Shown here one piece after another: positions 50,501 through 61,242 of a stretch of 64,000 bases of DNA. Location: NCBI GenBank assembly GCA_043228905.1, contig JBHGNT010000020.1:682001-746000 (forward strand), written 5' to 3'. Source of the stretch: Azolla caroliniana (taxonomy: Eukaryota; Plantae; Polypodiophyta). A program made the position numbers and the translations under genes. The notes beneath the pieces are model-generated. The model was not told the DNA's origin, made no database searches, and saw nothing but the letters and a program-made list of their open reading frames with translations. How positions within the stretch are numbered: position 1 is the first letter of the stretch; the number at the start of each line of letters is the position of its first letter.

Positions 50501-51000
50501 CCTCTCTAATATGTTGGTGTTAGTGTGCATATATGCACCTGATACTCTGTTGTCCTCCATCCTCAACATAGCACCAAATGTTCATTTACCACATCAATAT
50601 CCTGAAACAATTGCCCATTAGTATAAACATGCCTAGTTGATATACTAAATACCATTAATTGCAATGATAACTTTTTGCTTTAGGAAAATCTTGCAAAACA
50701 TACATGTCAAGATTATTAGATAGTAAATAGTTACTCATACCAAAGTATTTTAAACTAAAATATCCTTTTTTGGAAAGATATAACATTGTCAACATTTTTA
50801 AGTTCTCAAATTCTATTGAAGAGGAGGTTGTTTGATGACATTGAGAGAAGATTTATGAGGTTCTCTTAAACGACATTATAATTAAGGAGAGGAACAAACA
50901 AGATCATGTAAACTTTGAAGCCCTAAATTAAAATTTCAAACTTGCAAAAGCCAATAATGAGAAAAATCTCCAATACAACATGTGGGGTAGCTTCGGTGAC
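47600..51000 (-). mobile_element. Very old LINE remnant
   Basis: Faint minus-strand traces in LINE order: EN-like region ~50500, 'SIR.GC.L'-like ~48690-48720, KINVRK ~48450. No open frame. Confidence 0.4.
48615..48872. repeat. 130-bp near-perfect tandem duplication
   Basis: 48615-48742 recurs at 48745-48872 with about 2 mismatches. Confidence 0.92.
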
Positions 51001-51113
51001 TCATTTTATGACAAAGGTTCATATGAAATAACGTAGTTCTATGTTTCAATATTCAAGGATAATGTAGCATTAGTTCTATAAAGATTTAGAAAACTAGATA
51101 GGTAATCCTCTAG

Positions 51114-51171
<58 letters not shown>

Positions 51172-51317
51172 TAGTGTCCATAGAGAGGCCAATATTGACC
51201 CATAGGACCTAAGTACAAAAGTTATCTTGATGTGTGTCTCCTTCCAAAGAAGGGGTATTCATACTTTGAAGCACCAAGTCTCAGTGTCCGAAATTTCAAC
51301 TTTTTAAACATCAATCA

Positions 51318-51320
<3 letters not shown>

Positions 51321-51389
<69 letters not shown>

Positions 51390-54300
51390 GAAAGATATAT
51401 TAACGTCTTCTAAGGCCAAAATTTGGTTCATGAGACAATTGGTATACAATAAAATAGGGTGTCTACCCAATCATCGAAATACAAATACAAATAAAATATA
51501 AAATAAAAAAGAACTTAACCTAAAAGAGGTATAGTATTTGTACAAACTGTGTTATGATGTAACATATTCGATAAAGGAAATGACTTTGTGCTAGACCTAG
51601 TTTCATTTCCATCCAAGCCTCTCGAAAAGAAGTGGGAGGTCAAAGGGTTTCGGTGTGGGTGTGACTTGTAGTCCCGATGTAGAAGGTACCCCAACCATGG
51701 CTTCCAAGTGGTATAGCTCATGTTCCCTTATTTTCTTAATTGGTTCTACACCACGTCGAGTTGCTTTGCAACCCGGCATCCAAGGGCGTTTGGTTCTTCT
51801 TTGGTTTTGTACTTCATCAAGGAAGAGGCAGAGTGTTGCAGGTGTGTCCACATTCGTCGTCTCCTCTTGTCCCTGAAAAACTTCATTTGTTACATGTTGG
51901 TGAATATTAGTAATGTTATGGTCAACATTTTGTAGTATATTCTCTCTATGTTGTTTTAGCTCTAAGATATATCTGCCTAATTTTTTTATATCTAGAGTAT
52001 CTAATAGTTTGGGGAAGGTGGGAGAGGGACCAAGTATGTCCCGGTATTTTGCCCTTATCTCGGCGTAAGTTGGACACTTGCATGTAAAGTGGTACTCATC
52101 CTCTATCTCTATGTGACATAATCTACATATCCTTTCCTCTCTAGGGACTCCATTAGTACAATCATTCTCAATCTCAAGTTGGTGAGATGATATTCTAAGT
52201 TGTCCAATGACAACCCTTAATGCATTTGGTAAGAATGCATCTAGATATTTTGGTCGTCTAATAAAACCTAACTTAGAGAAGTGCATGAAGTGTTCCTTAT
52301 AGTACAACATTTTAGATGGGAGTGGCTCTAATGGGGTGAGCCATTTATACCGAGTATAAATTTGTCATATTTCTTGGCGTATTACTTTATTACGGTCCTC
52401 ATGAGAGATTAAAGTGTTATCAATCGCATGGTTGTACATAAGGGGAGGTAGATTATTAATGTCTAGAATAGTTGCAAGAAGCCAACTCACCATCATGCCA
52501 TGCCATGAGCTAGTATAACGGGACTCATATAGAGATCGAGATGCCTCAAAAGCTTGATGAGATATTCTATCATGTGGTTGGCTATGTATCCTATGAATAA
52601 AGACTACAAGTTGAAAAAGTGCTTCTACTAACATCAGGAGTAAGGTGAACTCAGCTCTAATAATGTCATGTGGTGTCGATTTGCTTCATAGTTGGCGTGA
52701 TAACATCATCACCAATGGTCTCTCTAATTGTGTCCACATGAAAGATGGTAGCCATGGAGCCCAAACCACTGATGCATACATGAGGGAGGGGGTCACTAAT
52801 GAGTCTAAGAGCCACCCCTTAGTCCTTGGCTCTTGAAAGTATGCATGGTGACATTGTCTCTCTAAGAGTGAGAGGGATGCATGTCCTCTCATGCGTCTAT
52901 CCTTCGTTTCCTTAAAGCGACTCTGAGATATACATACGATCCAACTACCTCAACTGGGTTATGGGAGATGGTTAGGTGACATTTAGTTCTAACTTGAGCT
53001 GATGTGTGGAAGATAAGGACTTTAGTTTTCCCTAGGTTCACTACCAATCCTCGTTGTGTGCAAAAGACATCTAAGGCATTAAGGTGCCTTTGTAGGTCGT
53101 GTTCGGACTCAGAGAGCAAAACTATGCCATCTGCATAGAGCAAGATACGAACTTGTGTACCCCCAAGGACTACTCCGTTGCCTCCCTTACGAGCAATAAA
53201 ATCTATGATCTCATCAATATAGATCCCAAAAGGAGTCGGTGATAGGGGACAACCTTGTTTTACACCAAGTAAAGCAGTTGAATAGGCCACTTGGGCTTTG
53301 CACGCATCTAGAGACTTAGTCATATAGTGCATAGATGGCCCAAATCATGTCATATGGTATCTTCAAGCTTTTAAGCCTATCAAACAATCACTCTCTAGGG
53401 ACTGTGCCAAAGGCTTTGCGAAAGTCCACAAAACAACAATATAATTTCTTCTTCTGAGCCTTTGACTAGTCAATTAAGCATCTAAATGTAAAAATATGAT
53501 CCATAATAGAGAAGGCTCATTTAAAGGCAGCCCGTTCAGGTGTGTCAAAGGCTTTGCAGAAGTCCACAAAACAACAATTATATAATTTCTTCTTGCGAAC
53601 CTTTGACTGGTCAATTAAGCATCTAAGTGTAAAAATATGATCAATAGTAGAGAAGGCTCGTCTAAAGCCCGTCTGTTCAGGTGCTCAAAGATTTAAGGTC
53701 TCCATATAATCATTAAGCTTTGCTTCCATTCCTGCACCATATAATTTAGCGAGTGTATGACCTATCATAATGGTCCTATATGTATTTGGGTTTGTGGGGT
53801 CTCCTCCTTTATGTATGGGGGCCACTGTGTTCATAGTCCATTGCGGTGGAAAACCCTTGGCGAGGGCACGATTCAATATTAGAGTTAGAAAGGGAGCTAG
53901 GAAATCTTGCGCGTATATGATGTGTTCTGCTTGCAATCCTGCGTGGTCCATGGACTTCCTATGTTGTAATTTCTTTAGGACCGTCGTGACCCTAGAGGTC
54001 GTGAAAAGTGTCCCCATGGTAGGTCGAGGTGTAGAAGACATTAGAATGGGCGTCTGGTTTGGGACTTGGTAAAGTTTCTCTGTATATGTGTGCCAAGTGT
54101 TGGGATCCTCGATGGGTGTTTGTGGCCTTGGTTCCCGTAGTCTCTTCCACGTAGTGGCACAATCGCTACTCATAAGCATATGGTAGAGTTCCCAATATTG
54201 GGATGCCTCCCACACTTGTCTCTTACGACGTGTTATCTTGCACATTTCTTTGCAAGCTTGTAGTGAGGTGATAGTACCATTGAGGTACGATACTTTAAGT

Positions 54301-54554
54301 TGTGTGAAATGTATTGTGGTGTGATGACTTGGCTGACTAGAGTTGGTGACGTTGGAGATATCACATTTTAGTTCAAAGTATAAAAAAACTATGATCTGCG
54401 CCATTAGGACATGGGGCCATCCAGAAGGATTTAATCATGTGGATAACTTCAGGGCATCCTATTAGATAATCAACTGTGCTTTCCCTCCATCCATGTGGGA
54501 AACATGTGAGCTCTTCCGAGCCTAGCCATTTGGCTAAACCGTTATATATGATCA
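51321..54554 (-). mobile_element. Non-L1 LINE (RTEX-like), decayed, cut in the endonuclease domain by a Copia insertion
   Basis: EN end STVDYLIG; RT motifs PIHKGGD..NP.TYRTI, CCFVDFRKAF, GVKQGCPLSP, LLYAD; C-terminal LRISSHQLEIE...PREERICRLC...EDEYHF..KCP. Possible (CT)n tail at 51321-51384. Confidence 0.82.
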
Positions 54555-55561
54555 TGTTGGACAACAAGTCCCTCCAGATGGGAAGTGGATGAATCGAGGA
54601 AAAGGGGAAAACCGATTCCCATAGAGTCGATGACTAATTCAGCTAAGGCCGAAATCGAAAATCGAGTTAATAGCTGATTCGGGAGACTATATTTGTAAAT
54701 AGTCTAAATGTGCCCCATGTGGGCTATACCTATTGTAAAGAATTGGCTATGATTCTGTGCAGCGGAAGAGATGTGTGTTATGTGTTTGCGTGAGAGGAAG
54801 GACATAAGAGAAGAGAAAACACAAGATTGATAAGAGAGAAATATGAAGTACTCAAGATTGTATATTAACAAGTATAATATCAATTACAAAATGTAGCATT
54901 ACAAGGGAGGACATCCGACACTTTATGAAGTAGGAGGAGGGTGCCTTATATAAGGTCACACTCTCTCTTCATTAACTCTACTACAACAACCACTCTCTTG
55001 TTGAGATATCGGTTCCTCCGGATGGGGACTGGTCGAACTTGATCGGAGGATCTGGAGGAGGAAGCAATATCGGAAGGATACCCGGAAGCCGGACCGGATG
55101 GAACTGGAATGAGTCCGGCCGGATCCGGTATGAACCGGAAGAGAGACAGATATATAATTACGTTTTGTATGGGCCATTGAGGCCACATTTGTAAATAGCC
55201 CGTAAGTTATATAAGTATAAATATAACTTAGGGCAAATGTGATGTTAGATAGTAAATATTGTTGTATTGTTGTACACAGAGAGAGATACATAAAGCTTTT
55301 CTATTGTAGTCGTTGGTTGGCGAAGATACAGAGCTCGAGGTAGTTGCCTCTGAGTTCCCCATTGTACCCTTCCTCTCTCATAATGATAGTTGGAGTCTGT
55401 GGGCTCGTGTGGTTTTTCCCGACTAGGATTTTCCATGTAAACATTTGGTGTTGTCTTTGTTGTTTGTGCAAGTGCATTGTTGTTTTCTGTTTATCTCTTC
55501 CATCGTGTGTTTGAGACTCAGTTGTGGCCAAGCTCTATTTCTATCAATCTGGTATCAAAGC

Positions 55562-58500
55562 ATGGAAGATTGTTGTTGGGGTGAAGGGTGAAGCCTAGAA
55601 TGGCTTCACCCCCTTCCCAAGGGGGTTAAGTTAGAGAGAGAGCTAGAGAGAAAGACAAATAGAAATTGACACAAAAATGAGGGGGAAAAGCTTATGTTCC
55701 TTATGTGCCCCACAAGGGGTTTTTATAGTACATAATGTAACGATAAATAATGACCGTTACAAAAAGACGATCGTTATATTCTTGTCACATGCACATAATT
55801 GTGCATGTGCTCACACATACTCATCCTCACACACTCGTATGTATATTATATATTACACACCTAAGACTTTACACACCATACACATTACACCTTATCCATC
55901 CCGTACACCTATATGGATAACAAAGATCCATTCGGGAACATGTTCAAGCTCACCGGCTCCAACTACCCAGTGTGGAAATCGAAGATGAGGGACATGTTGA
56001 TGGTATAAGATCTTTGGTTGCCAGTACAGTTTGGGGACAAAAGAACGAACAATATCGAAGCCGCAACCTGGGAGGTGAAAATGACGACATACATTCGATG
56101 CTTCATCGACATGAGTCTGTACAACAACTTTAATGAAGAGAACAATGTAAATGAGCTCTAGGAGAAGATTGGCACGATGTTGGAGAACAAGAATGTCGTA
56201 AATCGGGTGTAGGTATTTCAGAAGATAGTGAGGCTCCAATATCAAGACAACACCAGCATGGTAGAGCATATGAACGCCTTCCAAGGTTGATAAACCAGAC
56301 CACCTCGCTTGATGTACCATTAGCAGACGAGGTACTTGCTTTGATGTTACTCGGATCCCTTCCGGATAGTTGGGAGACATTGGTCGTCATGTTGGGCAAC
56401 GCTGGTCGGGAAGGAAAGAACTTATCCCTGGTGAGAGTGAAGTCAAGTTTGCTAAATGAAGAAGCTCACTGGAAGGACCGAGAGTCCGGAACCAATCCGA
56501 ATGCTTTGGTTACGGAAAACCGGGTGACGAAACAACGTGGGTGATCAACTCAGGAGTGTCGTTCCATTTGACCCCCGACAGGAAGTGCTTCTCATTCTAC
56601 AAAGACAGAGACCACGGTTGTGTCCGTATAGGAAATGAAGGTGCATGTCGCATTGTCGGCATAGGAGACATGGGGTTGATGACATCAACCGGGTGCAAAC
56701 TGTTGTTGAAGGATGTCCAACACGTTCCGGAGGTTCGGTTGAGCCTGATATCAGCCGGTAGGCTGGATGATGAAGGCTACACGGGTAGCATCCGGAATGG
56801 AGTCATGAAGTTCGGCAAAGGAAGTTTGATTGTGGCCCCTCCAAAAAGTCAACACTTTGTTTGAAGGCTACATGGGTAGCATTCGGAATGGAGTCATGAA
56901 GTTCAGCAAAGGAAGTCTAATTGTGCCCCCCCCGGAAATCAAAGATGAGGGACATGTTGGTGGTATAAGATCTTTGGTTGCCAGTACAGTTTGGGGACAA
57001 AAGAACGGACAAGATCAATGCCGCAACCTAGGAGGTGATGCACATGAAAATGATGACATACATTCGATGCTTCATCGACATGAGTCTGTACAACAACTTT
57101 AATGAAGAGAACAATGTAAATGAGCTCTAGGAGAAGATTGGCACGATGTTGGAGAACAAGAATGTCGTAAATCAGGTCTAGGTATTTCAGAAGATAGTTA
57201 GGATCCAGTATCAAGACAACGCCAACTTGGCAAAGCATATGAACGCCTTCAAAGGCTGATAAACCAGACCACCTCGCTCGATGTACCATTACCTGACGAG
57301 GTACTTGCTTTGATGTTACTCGGATCCCTTCCGTATAGTTGGGAGACATTGGTCGTCATGTTGGGCAATGTTGGTCGGGAAGGAAAGAACTTATCCCTGG
57401 CGAGAGTGAAGTCAAGTTTGCTAAATGAAGAAGCTCACCGGAAGGACAGGGAGTCCGGAATTGATCCAAAGGCTTTGATTACAGAAAACCGGGTGATGAA
57501 ACAATGTGGGTGATCGACTCAGGAGTGTCGTTCCATCTGACCCCCGACAGGAAGTGCTTCTGATCCTACAAAGTTAGAGACCATGGTTGTGTCCGGATGG
57601 GAAATGAAGGTGCATGCTGCATTGTCGGCATAGGAGACATGTGGCTGACAACATCAACTGGGTGAGAACTATTGTTGAAGGATGTCCAACACGTTCCGGA
57701 GGTTCAGTTGAACCTGATATCAGCCAGTAGGCTGGATGATGAAGGCTACACGGGTAGCATCCGGAATAGAGTGATGAAGTTCAGCAAAGGAAGTCTTATT
57801 GTGGCCCCCCAAGAAAGTCAACACTTTGTACTTGATGCATAGCCGGATATGTCGGGAAGAAGTGAACGTAGTATCCAACACTGCCAGTGAGCTATGGCAC
57901 AAGAGGTTGTGTCACATGAGCCAAAAGGGGATGCGGAGACTTTTCGAGGATAACCTCATTCCGGAGGTGAAAGACAGAAAGAACCGTTTAGACGCAAACA
58001 AAATTGAACCTCCTGACTTCTTCCGAACCCAACTACTGACAAGACGGAAAGAACTGTTGGAACTTGTGCATACTGATGTATGCCAAGTGGACACAAAGTC
58101 ACATGTTGGATCATAGTACTTTGTGACGATCATAGATGACCACAACCGGAAGCTGTGAGTCTCACTGCTGAAGACGAAGGATCAGGTACTGACTGTCTTC
58201 AAGGAATTCCACGCGAGAGTGGAAAGAGAAACTGGTCGGATGCTGAAGAAAAGGCAGTTTAAGCCGACAATGGTGGAGAGTACCAGGGGTAGTTCGAGGA
58301 ATACTATCGGTCAAAAGGAATCCAGCTCGAATTCATCGTGCCGAAGACGTCAGAGCTGAACGGAGTGGCCGAAAGGATGAACCGGACATTGATGGAGAGA
58401 GTCTGGAGCATATTGGCACATGCTAAGTTGTCCAAGAAGTTTTGGGCCGAGGCGCTAATGACAACGACCTATGTGATAAACAGATCACCCTCAACGCCCT

Positions 58501-60500
58501 TGGATGGGGACACACCGCAAAGAGTATGGACCGGTAAAGATATGTCTTACCTGCATCTAAAGGTGGTCAATTGTCTCACCTACGTGCATGTAGCAAAGGA
58601 CAAGAGAGCGAAATTGGACTCGAAATCTTGGCTTGCATATTCCTCAGATATGGTGATGATGCGTTCGGCTATCGAATGTGGGATTTGGTAGACAAGAAGG
58701 TCTTTCAGAGTCAAGACATAGCCTTCATGGAAGACAAAACCATAGCCGACTGGGAATCGGAGATGAGATAGTATCCTCTGGATCGACCGATAGAGATTGG
58801 TTTGAAGATGTAAGGATCCATTCGGTCGGAAGTCGAATGTCAGCTAAAGACCATAGAGAACCGGCCGGATTCAGACAAAGAACCGATCGGATCGAAGAAG
58901 AATTGGACACCAGAACCATACAAAACCCCGAATCAGGATTCAGATGAAGAACAGACAAAGGAACCAGTGGCCCTCTTCTTTCCCACAACCACAAGTGGTT
59001 TAGTGCCATGCAAGATGAGATGGATTCCCTGCATGAGAACCACATGTATGAACTAATGGAGCTGCCGAAAGGAAAGAGAGCGCTCCGGAACAAGTGGGTG
59101 TACAAGCTGAAATTGGGAGACGCTAGAAATCCACAAAGATACAAAGCCCAGATCGTGGTGAAGGGGTTTCAACAGAAGAAAGGAGTGGATTTTGATTAGA
59201 TATTTGCCCCGATAAAGGAAGAAGATGTCATCCATCCGGACTGTGTTGAGCATCACGGCAAACATGGACCTCGAGGTCGAGCAGCTAGACGTCCAGATGG
59301 CATTCCTGCACGGTGACCTTGAAGAAGAGATCTACATGCAACATTCGGAAGGATTCGTCAAGAAATGGAAGGAGCACCTGGTGTGCCAGTTGAAGAAGAG
59401 CTTATATGAACTGAAGCAAGCTCTCCGGCAATGGTACCGGAAGTTCGATTTGTTCATGACCGACCAAGGCTACCACAAGACGCAAGCTGACCACTGTGTG
59501 TTCGTGAAGAAATTCAACGGAGGTGACTTCCTGATTCTCCTTATGTATGTAGATGACATGTTGATCGTCGGATTGGACCGGATCAAAATCGGGAATCTGA
59601 AGAAGGCCTTGAACCGGACCTTCTTAATGAAAGATCTGGGTCTGGTGAGACAGATATTGGGAGTGCACATTGTTTGGGACTAGACGAATAAGCTATTGTG
59701 GCTATCACAGGAGAAGTATGTGATGAAGGTACTCCAATGATTCAGCATGACAGATGCAAAGTCGGTTGGGTCGACACTTCCGACAAACTACAAGTTGTCT
59801 GGGAAACAAAGCCCAAAGACAAAGACGGAGAAGTCGGAGATGATGAAGGTACCATATGCCTCTACCGTCAGAAGTTTGATGTACACAATGGTGTGTACCC
59901 GGCTGGATATCGGATATGCGGTCGGAGTGGTCATCTGGTTCATGAGACATCTAGGAAGAGAACACTAGGTCGCTATTAAGTGGATACTACAGTACCTAAA
60001 AGGCACCTTGAGCATGTGTCTCTGATTCGGCTTCGGTAAACCCCTATTGGAAGGCTTCACGGATTCAGATATATCGGCTGATGTAGATATCAGCCGATCT
60101 ACATCCGGATACATCATGACCTATGCAGGGGAGCACTATCATGGTAGTCAAGACTACAGAAATCGGTGGCATTGTAGAAGCCGGCAAGGAAATAATTTGG
60201 ATGAAGGAGTTGATCAAAGTGCTAGGGATCCGACAGGAGGAATATCAGCTCTATTGCGATAGTAAAAGTGCCATCCACCTTTCAAAGAACGCGGCCTACC
60301 ACTCACGGACCTAGCACATTTAGAGGAGATATCACTGGCTTCGGGAGAAGGTAGAAGATAAAGAATTTTTGCTGACGAAGATCCACACTGAGGAAAACGG
60401 ACCGGATATGCTGACCAAGGTGATGTCAGTCGACAAGCTTGACACATGCCAGAGACGGATCGAGTTGACGAAGACCGCATGCCGGAGTGAAGGGGGAGAT
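55562..60500 (+). pseudogene. Copia gag-pol pseudogene
   Basis: Many stops and frameshifts, a solo LTR in codon 3-4, loss of the zinc-knuckle region, and a ~960-bp duplication. Confidence 0.88.
55571..55922 (-). mobile_element. Solo LTR (352 bp) inserted in Copia gag
   Basis: TGTT...AACA termini and perfect TSD AAGAT (55566-55570, 55923-55927). Removing it restores MEDPFGNMFKLTGSNY. Orientation inferred from a minus-strand TATAAAA. Confidence 0.88.
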
Positions 60501-60814
60501 TGTTGAGATAACAGTCCCTTTGGATGGGGACCAGTCGAACTAGATTGGAGGATCCAGAGGAGGAAGCAATATCGGAAGGATAACTGGAAGCCGAACCGGA
60601 TGGAACCGGAATGAGTTCGGCCAGATCCGGTATGAACAGGAAGAGAGATAGATATATACTTATGTTTCGTATGGGCCATTGAGGCCACATTTGTAAATAG
60701 CCTGTAAGTTATCTAAGTATAAATATAACTTAGGGCAAATGTGATGTTAGATAATAAATATTGTTGTATTGTTGTATTTACATGAGTAAAAGAATAAGTC
60801 AAAACTTATGCCTA

Positions 60815-61242
60815 GAGGATAGTACCGTGGAAGAGATATTAACAATCGACGTCAAGCCTAGATGGAAGAAAGGCACAAAAGTTACATTCCCTGAGAAAGG
60901 AAACGAGCAATCGAATGTGATCGCGGCTAATATCATGTTATTCATAGACGAGAAACCTCATGATGTCTTCAAGCGAGATGGGAACGATCTTATAGTGACT
61001 CACAAAGTCCCGTTGGCGGATGCAATCACAGGGACAACTGTTATGGTAACAACGTTGGACGGTCGCACCTTGACTATATCATGTAACGACATCATTTTCC
61101 CTGGCTATGAGAAAGTGGTTCCCAAGGAAGGAATGCCAATACCAAAGGAGCCAACTAAGAAGGGCAATTTGAGGATAAAATTTGACATCAAGTTTCCTAC
61201 TCGCAAAAAGCGGGCGTGAGGACGTTTCTTGACACGGGTTAG
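60815..61242 (+). pseudogene. Captured C-terminal fragment of a class II DnaJ/Hsp40 (DNAJB-like) gene
   Basis: VEEILTIDVKP.WKKGTKVTFPEKGNE...IDEKPHDVFKRDGNDL...TTLDGR...EGMP...KGNLRIKFDIKFP; no J-domain. Frameshift near 61203, with QKAGVRTFLDTG* in another frame. Lies inside a Copia 3' LTR. Confidence 0.88.

Noticed and set aside
60761-61219. Intact 152-aa DnaJ gene
   Set aside because: Starts at a TTG inside LTR sequence, lacks the J-domain and has a frameshifted C-terminus.
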